A DNA stretch of 64,000 nucleotides from Acidobacteriota bacterium (GCA_009694745.1 SHUF01000001.1:80397-144396), one strand, 5' to 3'; counted from the first letter of the stretch, positions 1 to 9,474 are shown. Notes: generated by a model from the sequence alone, not told the origin. Translations and numbers: made by a program.

Positions 1-358
1 GCGCCGCGATCACCCGCGCGAGCGACCCGAATTCCCTGCCGAGGTAGGCTTCGACTTCCGAGCGCAGCCCGTCATCTGTGATGACGCCCGCCACCTCGAC
101 GTGACGCTCCAGCAGCAACCGCACGTTCTCTCGCGCCCCATCAGCATCACCGGCTCCGGCCTGCGCGGCCAGCCCGAGCAACCGATCCGTCGCGCCTCCC
201 AACGCCGAGACCACGACGATGGGCCCGCGCGGATCCTGCTGCGTGCCGACCAACACGTTCGGCAATGCCGCCTGGCGTGTTGCGCGGACAATTTCGATGA
301 GCCGGGTAATGGCAGCGCGGTCAGCGACCGACGTGCCGCCGAACTTCAGGACAAACAC
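1..358 (-). CDS. lysC: aspartate kinase, N-terminal part (gene runs off the left edge)
   Basis: Absent from the ORF track because it has no stop inside the window. Manual minus-strand translation from GTG 356-358 gives VFVLKFGGTSVADRAAITRLIEIV...GPIVVVSALGGATDRLL, the amino-acid-kinase N-terminal signature. An in-frame TGA lies at 380-382 upstream. The start overlaps the asd 3' end by 13 nt. Confidence 0.8.
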   Translation of the reverse strand, partial: MFVLKFGGTSVADRAAITRLIEIVRATRQAALPNVLVGTQQDPRGPIVVVSALGGATDRLLGLAAQAGAGDADGARENVRLLLERHVEVAGVITDDGLRSEVEAYLGREFGSLARVIAA

Positions 359-1389
359 TGAAGCTCCGCGTGCATCAACTCAGCGTTAAGGATCGATGCG
401 CCGGCGGCGCCGCGCACCGTGTTGTGCCCCAAGGCCACGAAACGAAAACTCAAGACCGGACACGTCCGCAACCGGCCGACCGACACGGCCATGCCGCCGC
501 CAAAGTCCGAGTCCAGACGCGGTTGTGGGCGGTTGGGTTCGTCTCGAAGCAGGATCGCGGGTATCGGCGCAGTCGGCAACTTCAGCTCCTGCGGTCGACC
601 CACGAAACCCTGAAACGCCGCGCGCACGTCGTCGAGTTCCGCCTTCGCTTCCACCTGAACGGACACGGTCATCGTGTGGCCATCGATCACCGGCACGCGA
701 TTGGTGTGCGCCGAGACGACCATAGTGTGCCGCGTACGGCCGCCGTCCGACCCCAGGATCTTCAGCGTCTCGGTTTCAATCTTCTCTTCCTCGCCACCGA
801 TGTAGGGCACCAGATTGCCCAGGATGTCGTACGACGGCACGCCGGGATATCCCGCACCAGACACCGCCTGCATGGTCGAGATTACCGCGCTCTTGAGACC
901 GAACCGCTGCAACGGCGCGAGCGCCATGACCAGGACCACCGTGGAGCAGTTCGGGTTGGTGACGATGGCGCCGGACCAACCTTTGACGCGACGTTGCTCG
1001 GCCAGCAGCGATAGGTGGTCGCTGTTGATCTCGGGCACGAGTAGCGGAATCAGTGGGTCCATGCGATGGTTGCGCGCGTTGCTCAGTACGATGTGACCGG
1101 CACGGGCAAACGCCTCCTCCGCTTCGCCGGCCACGCCGGCGTCGAGTGCGGAGAACACCACCTTCGGCCCCCGGCCGGGGATGCACGCGTCCACGGTCAG
1201 GTGCCGGACGGCGTCGGGCATCGGTGTGGGCAGCCGCCAGGCTGACGCGTCGGCGTACTGTTTGCCCTCCGAGCGTTCACTTGCCGCAAGCCACGCCACG
1301 TTGAACCACGGGTGGTTCTCGAGACGGGACACAAACTGCTGTCCCACCATGCCAGTGGCGCCCAGTACGCCTACATCGATCTTCGTCAC
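346..1389 (-). CDS. asd: aspartate-semialdehyde dehydrogenase
   Basis: From ORF 346..1437. I moved the start to GTG 1387-1389, which sits 8 nt after AGGGAGA (1398-1404). Motifs: GATGMVGQ nucleotide-binding loop and the active-site NPNCST motif. Length 347 aa. Confidence 0.9.
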   Translation of the reverse strand: MTKIDVGVLGATGMVGQQFVSRLENHPWFNVAWLAASERSEGKQYADASAWRLPTPMPDAVRHLTVDACIPGRGPKVVFSALDAGVAGEAEEAFARAGHIVLSNARNHRMDPLIPLLVPEINSDHLSLLAEQRRVKGWSGAIVTNPNCSTVVLVMALAPLQRFGLKSAVISTMQAVSGAGYPGVPSYDILGNLVPYIGGEEEKIETETLKILGSDGGRTRHTMVVSAHTNRVPVIDGHTMTVSVQVEAKAELDDVRAAFQGFVGRPQELKLPTAPIPAILLRDEPNRPQPRLDSDFGGGMAVSVGRLRTCPVLSFRFVALGHNTVRGAAGASILNAELMHAELQCLS

Positions 1390-1404
1390 TGTCGTTGTCT
1401 CCCT

Positions 1405-1444
1405 AAAAACGAAAAACCCGCTGAGCGCCAGGCGCAACAGCGGG
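1405..1444 (-). terminator. rho-independent terminator / possible attenuator just upstream of the asd RBS
   Basis: Minus strand reads CCCGCTG (1438-1444 region) - 14-nt loop - CAGCGGG, then TTTTTCGTTTTT (1405-1416). The T-tract directly abuts the SD at 1398-1404. Confidence 0.6.
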
Positions 1445-1751
1445 TATCAGGTGCTCATGTTCTCGAGCCAGTCTTGTCAGACCACTGTCATCACCGCCGC
1501 TACGCCCGCGGGACCCGCTTTCGCGAGGCCCGCTTGGACTTCGTCTGTTTGGACGAGCTGCGCATGGCAATGCACATCATGACTGCGGCCGGAAGCATAA
1601 CACGGCTAGTGGTTGGCCATCACGATGAAGCCGGCCCAGTAAAACGGGTGGCGGAAGCGGGGGATCCTGCATCAACTTGACTGAGGCGTCTCGGAGAGCA
1701 TCCGACACCGTGGCGGTCCCGCCTCTGCGCGACCGCAGGCGTTGATGAAAG

Positions 1752-2006
1752 TCAATCATCAGTGACGTTGGGATCCACGCGGCCGACTGCCTGCCGGAAC
1801 TGCGGCTCAGGCGCGCCGGCACCTCTCGTGGCATTAACCGACACGGTGCGAAGCAACATTGAACACGCCATGACATTGCCGTCTGCGTCGCGTGAGGCGG
1901 GGATCTGAAAATCAGGAAGGAAGATCATCGGCCGCGCCGGCTGGTCGGCGCCCGTGTACTTGACGTCCTGCACGACGCCGACGGCGTGAAGACCCCCGCC
2001 CTCCAT
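1752..2006 (-). pseudogene. remnant of a MacB/FtsX-type (ADOP-like) ABC permease
   Basis: ORF 1752..2006 contains LHAVGVVQDVKYTGADQPARPMIFLP, which resembles the conserved VGVVxDV(K/R)...P.IY.P segment at the end of the periplasmic domain of these permeases. No N-terminal part and no 4-TM FtsX domain is present in any frame. The downstream frame (1577..1876) holds only a possible tail (RRGGTATVSDALRD). Confidence 0.4.
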
Positions 2007-2018
2007 CGTTGCCGCATC

Positions 2019-3281
2019 TCAGGCCGTGTGCCGGCGCGCGTGGTCAGCGGCGGCCTGGCGCAGACCATCGGTCAGCCGGCCGTCGTCACTGGCCCGTGAC
2101 CAGAACTCGCGCGCGGTCGCTCGGGCGTCGTCCCACACGTCGAGCCACTCCGCGATTGCGGCCGGTTCAGGGAACTGGCGATCGCGCACCTGGCCGTCGG
2201 CGGTCGGCGCATACCGCATCGAGACCTGGTCGAAGGCCGGTGCCAGCCTGGCGTGTGGAAGGTCGGGAAAGAACACGACGTTGAACTGATGTCGATCCGT
2301 GTTGGCGATGAGCGCGCCAAAGGCATCGAGCCATCGCAGCCGATCGGCATCCTCGACAGTAACGTGTCGGGCCTCGCGCAGGCGGAGCGCGGCCCTCGCC
2401 CATCCATCCGACAAGTCATCGTGCAGCGCCGCTAGGCTCAACACCGCGCGGCGGCCCCGCTGTCCGACTCGGTCGAACCGTTCGACTTCCAGGAAGGTAT
2501 GAGCGTCGGTCTCCACCACCTGCGCGCGTGCGGCAGGGACGCCACGCGACGAGATCACGTCGAGCGCAAGGGCCTCGAGCACCAGAAGGTCACACCAGCG
2601 ACGAGCCACGACATCCCCGGTGCTGCCGCGGGCGGCGAACTTGACGAGCACATGCCGGCCCTCTACAAAAGCACCGAATTTCGGCCGTTCGCCGCCCGCT
2701 GACGAGCCGGGCGGATGCCCCGCAATCGACGCCTCCGCCAACGCAGGATAGTCGCGACGATCCACCATCAGCGGAACGAGCGATTGCCAGCGCGCGAATG
2801 ATTCGTCGCCGACGAGTAGATTGCCTGTCAGGTCTTCGCCACGACGCGACAGTACGAGCAGGGCGTGATTGTCCGACCAGTCTTCCAACCGGAGCGGCAG
2901 GCGAAGCTCCGGATACCGGGTCGCAAAGTGGCGACCAAGAAAGCCCGAGGGGCGGTTGTCAGCAAGCTCGATCGGCAAACCTGTGTGCACATCGCCGACC
3001 GGCACCACCACTGTCTGCCCGCCTGCCAGGGTCACCAACTCGCCTTCAGCCTGTGCGTCACCACGCTCGTCGATGCGCACGAGCGAGAAGCGGGACCCGT
3101 CATGCCCGGGCCAGGCCTGCCGGAGGCCGTAGCGGGTCGCCCGGCCTCGCCCGATTCGGAGGACATCGAGCCCAGCATGCCGCACACGCCGCATCAAAGT
3201 GGCTGGCGACGCTCCAAGCTCCTCTTGAAGGCGCTTGGCAGGAAGTACCCCCCGCAAGAGCAGCCGAGCTACGTCGTCCAT
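2019..3281 (-). CDS. HipA-family Ser/Thr kinase toxin with fused N-terminal HTH (YjjJ/HipH-like)
   Basis: 420 aa. The N-terminus (LLLRGVLPAKRLQEELGASPATLMRRVRHAG..RIGRGRATRYGL) is an HTH. The SSAGGERPKF loop corresponds to the HipA SLAG.QPK loop. The catalytic motif IANTDRHQFN corresponds to NxDDHxKN. Confidence 0.8.
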   Translation of the reverse strand: MDDVARLLLRGVLPAKRLQEELGASPATLMRRVRHAGLDVLRIGRGRATRYGLRQAWPGHDGSRFSLVRIDERGDAQAEGELVTLAGGQTVVVPVGDVHTGLPIELADNRPSGFLGRHFATRYPELRLPLRLEDWSDNHALLVLSRRGEDLTGNLLVGDESFARWQSLVPLMVDRRDYPALAEASIAGHPPGSSAGGERPKFGAFVEGRHVLVKFAARGSTGDVVARRWCDLLVLEALALDVISSRGVPAARAQVVETDAHTFLEVERFDRVGQRGRRAVLSLAALHDDLSDGWARAALRLREARHVTVEDADRLRWLDAFGALIANTDRHQFNVVFFPDLPHARLAPAFDQVSMRYAPTADGQVRDRQFPEPAAIAEWLDVWDDARATAREFWSRASDDGRLTDGLRQAAADHARRHTA

Positions 3282-3377
3282 AATGAAATGATTATATAAC
3301 GGTCAAATGTGGCTTTTTTAAAGTTGTTTCACAGGCATTTATGACGTCGTCTTGCAATGATTATGAAATGATCATTA
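3281..3377 (-). promoter_or_regulatory. AT-rich promoter/operator island with two 15-bp direct repeats
   Basis: TAATGAAATGATTAT (3281-3295) and TTATGAAATGATCAT (3361-3375) match at 13/15 positions and are spaced 80 bp apart. The second contains the perfect palindrome AATGATCATT. On the minus strand a TATAAT (3291-3296) lies 9 nt before the hipA-like ATG. By my count 3281-3380 is about 30% GC. Confidence 0.5.
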
Positions 3378-3564
3378 GTTCAACCACGCGCGGAGTGAAA
3401 CCTGTTGCTGCGACCACCCTCTGGCATCGCGGAAGCCCATGGCGTGCGGGTGTTGCACACGCATCCTGGTTGAACTGGCGCCGTGCTGCTAGGGCGCGGC
3501 ACGCCGCTCCAGGGTCTCGACGGTTGGCGGCAGCAGCGTGAGCGTCAACGCGCGACGTGGTGGC

Positions 3565-3954
3565 CTATCGCTTGAACGTGAACTCGAATGTCCCGGTCAG
3601 AATGTGTCCGTCGGCACCTGACGTCTTCCAACTGACCGTGTATGCACCTGACGCCACGGTGCCCACGACGAAGGCGACCAGTGAGTTGTCGGCTTTGCCA
3701 TCGGCCATGCCGGCAATGACCTTGCCGAGTTCGACCTTGCCGGATGGACCCTCAAGCGTCAGGCCGCTCACGGCCACGGTCGGCGCCTGCGAGAACCAGA
3801 CCTGAATCTGTGTGGGTGCTGTCGTCACGGTGGCGCCTGAAACCGGAAACGTCTTGTCCACCTTCAAGTGTGCAAACGCCACCGCCGCCGAGGCGAGAAT
3901 AAAAACGACGAGGGGGAGAATTCGCCGCAGGCGTGACGCAGACATGCCACTCAT
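3565..3954 (-). CDS. CopC-domain periplasmic copper-binding protein
   Basis: From ORF 3565..3990. The signal peptide MSGMSASRLRRILPLVVFILASAAVAFA is followed by a mature N-terminal His (HLKVDKTFP), typical of CopC. The protein has a beta-sandwich-like composition. Start is uncertain (3990, 3954 or 3945). Confidence 0.7.
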   Translation of the reverse strand: MSGMSASRLRRILPLVVFILASAAVAFAHLKVDKTFPVSGATVTTAPTQIQVWFSQAPTVAVSGLTLEGPSGKVELGKVIAGMADGKADNSLVAFVVGTVASGAYTVSWKTSGADGHILTGTFEFTFKR

Positions 3955-4134
3955 CGTAGCAGCGTACCTGTGCGCTCCGTGATAGGCCATGCCGGGACCA
4001 TGTTATGGCCTTCGGGAACGTGGCTGGCCCGCAACCCGAAAACCTGAACGAGATGCTCGATCTGATCGTCGAGACGTCCAGAGACAAAAACGAAGTCGCC
4101 TTTGAGGACCTGCTCAAGGCCCTCGGCCTTCTCT

Positions 4135-4959
4135 TCAACGGTCTTGTGCTGTGACCGTCGAAGCCGCGACCGGGGCGGCCACCCGGCTGAGCCATGACAC
4201 GACGGCATCCAGCGTCTGCTGTTGCTGGCTCTCGCGGCTGATCTCGGCGCGACAATCGCCCAGTTGGGATCCGTAATACCCGAACTGGGCGTGATTGGCG
4301 CCTTCAATGGTCAACCATGCCGTGTGTGGCGGCAGCTTCGATAAGTTCGCGAGGCTGTCTTTGGCGTCAGCCACACAGTCGCGCGTCCCAACGATTTTCA
4401 GCACCGGCATCGTGAGCGATGAGAGATCCTCGTCACGGGGGTGGGTGGTGCCGATGAGCAGCAACCCGGAGAGGTCATTCGCAGAACGGCCGGCAAACGT
4501 GGCCGACATCGCAGCGCCACGGGAATGGCCGCCCAGCACGATCGGCCGCGACACGCCCCACGAGCGACGCACCACGGTGACGCGACGCCACACTTCGATC
4601 TGGGCGCCTTCACTAAACGCCATGCGCCAGGGCAAACGCACCAGGGCGCCGGGCCAGCCTGCATCGGCGACCGCACGCACAAACGGCAAGTACGCGGCCG
4701 GGTCCACTCCGCCTCCAGGCAGGAACACCAGTCCGGCGCGATCGGCTGCAGCGCCTTCGGGCATGAACACGGTGGCGCCATCGCCCTCGCGCACAGACAC
4801 GAGCGCCGTTGACTCACGTACGGCTGTGGGCACACCGTGCGCCTGCATGTTCCAGACGAGCCACGCCGTGAAGGCCAGACCACCAGTCACCCACACGATG
4901 CGGATGCGGCGATGCCACACCTTCAGGCGCGCCCGCCGGCTCCCAGCCACACCGGTCAT
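4135..4959 (-). CDS. alpha/beta hydrolase, membrane-anchored
   Basis: 274 aa with an N-terminal TM segment (IVWVTGGLAFTAWLVW). GGHSRGA forms the nucleophile elbow. The C-terminus resembles dienelactone hydrolases (GTRD...ANH). The ATG overlaps the GMC stop (ATGA). Confidence 0.7.
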   Translation of the reverse strand: MTGVAGSRRARLKVWHRRIRIVWVTGGLAFTAWLVWNMQAHGVPTAVRESTALVSVREGDGATVFMPEGAAADRAGLVFLPGGGVDPAAYLPFVRAVADAGWPGALVRLPWRMAFSEGAQIEVWRRVTVVRRSWGVSRPIVLGGHSRGAAMSATFAGRSANDLSGLLLIGTTHPRDEDLSSLTMPVLKIVGTRDCVADAKDSLANLSKLPPHTAWLTIEGANHAQFGYYGSQLGDCRAEISRESQQQQTLDAVVSWLSRVAAPVAASTVTAQDR

Positions 4960-6539
4960 GTGCCCGCGATCGCGTCGGCCGACCGGAGCGCCAGAGCGAC
5001 GAACGTCAACGTGCCGTTCGTGCAGCCGCCGGTGGGGAGCGTTGGTGAGCCCACCACGAACAGATTCTCGTGATCGTGCGCGCGGCCGTGTGAGTCCACC
5101 ACGCTTGTGGCCGGGTCGGTGCCCATACGACAGCCGCCGGCGGGATGATCCTGGTACGACAGGTCGCTGACGTTGCCCATCCGCCCATCATTGGCCTTCG
5201 CCATGGTCGCAAACACCTGTTCGAGGTGTGTGCGCGTTGCGGCCTGCCGAGCTTCGGAAGCCGCGTCGATCTTGTGGCGCACGACGGGCAGCGGATCGCC
5301 CCACCGGTTCTTCGCCGTTGGGCTCAGGGTCAGTCGGCTGTCGGGGTCGGGATGCACATCAAAGTAGCCGCGCACACGGGCTGTGCCCCGTGTGGTGCGC
5401 GTCCGCCAATCGTCGAGAAGCGCGTCGCCAAGCAGAAGCGACCCATCTGCCGCGCGCAGCCTCGGCGTGCGGCCCCCGCCGCTTTCCCACACCCGCAGGT
5501 CGTGACGCACGTAGGGCGCCCCCGTGGCACACCGGAAGTACTGCCGCGAAATGAGGCTGTGCTGCTCATTCATCCCCGGATAGATCTTCACGTCCGCATC
5601 GATTGTCGTCTGGTACGCCAGGTGGCCGGTCATGTAACGGCCGACATGATCTGACCGATTCGCCAATCCACTGGGGAAGCGACTGTTGGCCGACAGGAGC
5701 AGCAAGTGCGGACTCCACGTGTAGCCCGAGGCCAGCACGAAGATGCGCGCGCGGTACTGGTCCGTGCCGCCCGTTCCATCCTGCTTGACGGCATGCGCCA
5801 CGGCGATGCGCGACGAACGCTCGTCAAGGTCGAGTTTGCGCACCAGGGTGTTGTCGTGCAGTTGGATGCGCTTGGCGGCCAGCAGTTGCTTGAAGGTGTA
5901 GTCGGGCGAATACCGCGCGCCGGTCGGGCAGATTTCGCAGGTATTGCAGCGCAGGCAAATGCTGCGGCCGCCGTAGCCGTTGACGGTGTTCTTCGCCTGC
6001 GGGGTGGTCCAGAACGGCGTGCCACTTCTTTCGGCCCAGGCCTTCAACTGCACAAGGTTGAAGGTCATGTTCATGGGCGCCATCGGATACGGCTCTGACC
6101 GCGCGTCTTCCTTGAGCGGACCTGGTTCGCCCGACACACCGAGGCGGCGCTCGGCTTCGCAGTAGTACTTCTCGAGCTCGGTCCAGGTGATTGGCCAGTC
6201 AGTCGCGAGGCCGTACATCGACTTGAGCCGCGTGTCTTCTTCCGAAAATCTGTTGCAGACGCCGCCCCAGTGCAGCGCCGATCCTCCGACGGCCATCGTG
6301 CGCGAGATGATGCCGTCTGCGCTCTGGTCAGTTACATAGTCGCCGGGCCACTGATTCTCTCCGTAGTCGAGGCTGCGCTTGCGGTAGTCAGCACGATTCT
6401 CGACGTCAAACAACGACTTCCCGGCTTCGACAACAATCATCGAAAGGTTGGGGCGAAGGGCGGCGAGTTTTTCGGCCACCATCGCAGCCGTGATGCCGCC
6501 GCCGATGATGCACACATCGCTTTCGTGGACGGCCATCAC
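4956..6539 (-). CDS. GMC-family FAD oxidoreductase (gluconate 2-dehydrogenase flavoprotein-like / glycoside 3-dehydrogenase-like)
   Basis: 527 aa. DVCIIGGGITAAMVAEKLA is the FAD GxGxxG fold. The C-terminal region is GMC-like (HPAGGCRMG). The start overlaps the upstream gene by 4 nt. Confidence 0.8.
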   Translation of the reverse strand: MMAVHESDVCIIGGGITAAMVAEKLAALRPNLSMIVVEAGKSLFDVENRADYRKRSLDYGENQWPGDYVTDQSADGIISRTMAVGGSALHWGGVCNRFSEEDTRLKSMYGLATDWPITWTELEKYYCEAERRLGVSGEPGPLKEDARSEPYPMAPMNMTFNLVQLKAWAERSGTPFWTTPQAKNTVNGYGGRSICLRCNTCEICPTGARYSPDYTFKQLLAAKRIQLHDNTLVRKLDLDERSSRIAVAHAVKQDGTGGTDQYRARIFVLASGYTWSPHLLLLSANSRFPSGLANRSDHVGRYMTGHLAYQTTIDADVKIYPGMNEQHSLISRQYFRCATGAPYVRHDLRVWESGGGRTPRLRAADGSLLLGDALLDDWRTRTTRGTARVRGYFDVHPDPDSRLTLSPTAKNRWGDPLPVVRHKIDAASEARQAATRTHLEQVFATMAKANDGRMGNVSDLSYQDHPAGGCRMGTDPATSVVDSHGRAHDHENLFVVGSPTLPTGGCTNGTLTFVALALRSADAIAGT

Positions 6540-7141
6540 AGGCCTCCTTGTCGTGCGGGCCAGGGTGCGGGCGCCTCGTGCGAACCAGCAAGGCCACGGC
6601 AGTCTTCACGGTTTATTGCCGCGCGGTACGCCAGGTTGTAACCCACCGGCCCGTGGAAGAAATGCCCCATGAAGTCGGCCACCACATGCACGCCCGACGG
6701 CCGCGCGGGCAATTGGGTGACTCGTTGCGGCGTCGTCAAGGCAGCCTCGACGATCGCGCGGCGAGGCGCGGCGGCAAGTGCCGCAAGCGATTCCGCACCA
6801 ACGGCCCGGGCCGCGGCTTCAAGCGCGGCCAACTGCGCAGGATACGCCGCCGTTGGCGGCGGTCCGGTCGTCCTGAGCCTGGGCGAACCATACCCGGCCC
6901 CGACCTCGGCCCCCTCGCGATAGTTCGCCACCCACTCGGTGAACTGCGTAACGGCCAGGTCACGGTCGTCGGCGGTCAACACCGAAGGCAACACGACGTC
7001 GGCAACCGCGCGCAGCGTGGCGGCATGATCGCGCGTCAGCACTGTCGCCTGCGATCGGCTCAACGCCAGGACCTTGAGTGACGACAGTGGCCATGTGGCA
7101 ACCAGTGCCGCGGCCCAACGAAGCAACAAGCGTCGTGTCAT
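6536..7141 (-). CDS. gluconate 2-dehydrogenase subunit 3-family small subunit (Tat-type leader)
   Basis: 201 aa with leader MTRRLLLRWAAALVATWPL. Its position directly upstream of, and overlapping, the GMC flavoprotein is the usual arrangement for this family. Confidence 0.6.
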   Translation of the reverse strand: MTRRLLLRWAAALVATWPLSSLKVLALSRSQATVLTRDHAATLRAVADVVLPSVLTADDRDLAVTQFTEWVANYREGAEVGAGYGSPRLRTTGPPPTAAYPAQLAALEAAARAVGAESLAALAAAPRRAIVEAALTTPQRVTQLPARPSGVHVVADFMGHFFHGPVGYNLAYRAAINREDCRGLAGSHEAPAPWPARQGGL

Positions 7142-7770
7142 TCTGGCCGCTCCTCATAGCAATCAATCCGCAGGTACGGGATTTCACGGAACGGCGGCAG
7201 CCCCGCGGCCGCCACAATCTCCTCGAGACCCGCGCGTTCGTGAAATTCCTTGCGGTCGCGGTCGATGACGACAGTGTTGGGATACAGCGGCGCAAGACGC
7301 CGGAACTCCGCGTCGATCAATTTGAAACGACTCACGGTTTCTTCGACATCCTCAAACTCGCGTTTGCGAAGCCGAATGTGTTTTTCGATGGTATCCGTAC
7401 TCGATGTCAGCACGATGGTCACATCCGGGTTCCAGCGATCGCCGACGACGAGCACGTCTCGCAGCGCGGAATGATACCGGGCTGGGTATTCGGCGATGTG
7501 CGCCTCGAGCGTGATGCGGGCGCCTTCAAAGAACACCACCGAGCCCAGCCGCTCGTGTGCGGCGGCATCGCGATAGTTCGCGTCGTAGATCCAACCGAAG
7601 TACGCGGTCACGCCCACCGGGTTCAGACCAGCCTCGATGTCAGCCAGCACCTCGGGGGCCCACACACCTTTTTCACCCTCGCCATACGAGCCGTGGTGAT
7701 AGAGGTCACCGAGCTGCCGAACCAGGGTACTCTTGCCTACTCCAGGACCGCCGACAATAGCCACGCGCAT
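7138..7770 (-). CDS. P-loop NTPase, deoxynucleoside-kinase-like
   Basis: From ORF 7138..7950, with the start moved to MRVAIVGGPGVGKSTL (Walker A) at 7770. It has a LID-like IRLRKREFEDVE segment. The upstream part of the long ORF overlaps the MFS gene and looks non-coding. Confidence 0.6.
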   Translation of the reverse strand: MRVAIVGGPGVGKSTLVRQLGDLYHHGSYGEGEKGVWAPEVLADIEAGLNPVGVTAYFGWIYDANYRDAAAHERLGSVVFFEGARITLEAHIAEYPARYHSALRDVLVVGDRWNPDVTIVLTSSTDTIEKHIRLRKREFEDVEETVSRFKLIDAEFRRLAPLYPNTVVIDRDRKEFHERAGLEEIVAAAGLPPFREIPYLRIDCYEERPE

Positions 7771-7783
7771 GGGGCGAATCGTA

Positions 7784-8985
7784 TCAGCTTGCCCGCATGC
7801 CTTCACGCAACGTAGCCCGGTCGGGCAGCAGAAACCCGAGCAGGCCAATGAGCGGCAGAAACGCGCACGCCCGGTAGACAACCGCGATGCTCGTGACGTC
7901 GGCCAGCCAGCCAAGGGCCCCGGCTCCGGCTCCGGCCACGCCGAAGGCAAATCCGAAGAACAGCCCCGACACGAGCCCCACGCGGTGCGGCACTAGTTCC
8001 TGCGCAAACACCAGAATGGCCGAAAACGCCGACGACAACACCAACCCGATCACCACGCTCAGCACCGTCGTCCAGAACAGGTCGGCGTACGGCAGGATCA
8101 GCGTAAACGGCAGGATGCCGACGATGGAGATGAGGATGACGGGTTTGCGGCCGATGCGGTCACCCACCGGGCCGCCGATGAAGGTGCCTGCCGCGACGGC
8201 GCCAAGAAACGCGAAGAGGTGCACCTGTGCCTGCTGCATGGACACGCCAAAGCGGTCGATCAGGAAGAACATGAAGAAGCTGACGAAACTCGAGACGTAG
8301 ACGTACTTCGAGAAGACAAGCGCGAGCAGGATCGCCAGCAACTGCCGCACCTTCGCGCGTGGCAGTTGATGCACCGGACGTAGGTGCCCCGCAGTGCGTC
8401 GCCGCTCCTGGCCGGTGGTCCAGTACCAGCGGCCGATGCGCCACAACATCACGATGGCGAGCAGGGCCAGCAGCGAGAACCACGCCACGCTGCCCTGCCC
8501 GCGAGGCAACACGAAGAAGGCCGCGAGCAGGGGTCCGAGCGATGTGCCGAAATTGCCTCCCGTTTGAAACAGCGATTGGGCCAGGCCGTGTTTGCCGCCC
8601 GAGGCAAGCCGCGCGATGCGCGAGGACTCGGGGTGGAAGATGGACGAACCGATGCCGACGAGCGCTGCTGCGGAAAGCAGCCATGCATAGGAATTCGCTG
8701 ACGCCAGCAGCAGGAGTCCGGCGAGCGTAAACCCCATCCCGACCGGCAGTAAATACGGATGCGGCCGCGAGTCGGTGTAGTGGCCGACCACAGGCTGGAG
8801 AAGAGACGACGTGACCTGGTTGGTGAGCGTAATCATCCCGATCTGCCAGAAGTCGAGTGAGTAGGTGCCTTTGAGCAGCGGATATAACGCCGGCAGCAAC
8901 GACTGAAGCAGGTCGTTGAGGAGATGGCACACACTGAGCGCGATCAGAACCGGCAGTGCCGTGCGGGGCGGCGTGGTGCCAGACA

Positions 8986-8986
<1 letters not shown>
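7784..8986 (-). CDS. MFS transporter, Fsr (fosmidomycin-resistance)-like
   Basis: 400 aa with about 12 TM segments. The N-terminus HLLNDLLQSLLPALYPLL...QPVVGHYTDS is typical of the Fsr subfamily. Confidence 0.7.
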
Positions 8987-9468
<482 letters not shown>

Positions 9469-9474
9469 CAGGAA

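Noticed and set aside
1390-1750. Lysine riboswitch (L-box) or SAM riboswitch upstream of asd-lysC.
   Set aside because: I looked on the minus strand for the ordered L-box blocks (AGAGGCGC ... GAGTA ... CCGAAG ... ACTGTCA ... GGAGAGC) and for SAM-I blocks. Only isolated fragments occur (AGAGGCG at about 1720; ACTGTCA only on the wrong strand). It needs a covariance-model search to settle.
3375-3464. 29-codon minus-strand ORF MRVQHPHAMGFRDARGWSQQQVSLRAWLN, faintly reminiscent of the start of an XRE/HipB HTH (R.ARG.SQ), just upstream of the hipA-like gene.
   Set aside because: The similarity is limited to about 8 residues and the HTH second helix is absent. The kinase already carries its own HTH. 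At best it is a remnant, and the sequence alone cannot support it.
3565-3954. Orphan copC without copD or a multicopper oxidase, as a novel copper system.
   Set aside because: Stand-alone CopC-domain proteins are common. Nothing else copper-related is adjacent.
3951-4307. Track ORF whose stop forms an ATGA overlap with a possible copC start (3954), which could suggest a coupled small gene between the hydrolase and copC.
   Set aside because: Downstream of the hydrolase stop (4135) the frame has no ATG/GTG/TTG until far into the ORF. The only upstream start lies 74 nt inside the hydrolase gene. No recognisable motif.
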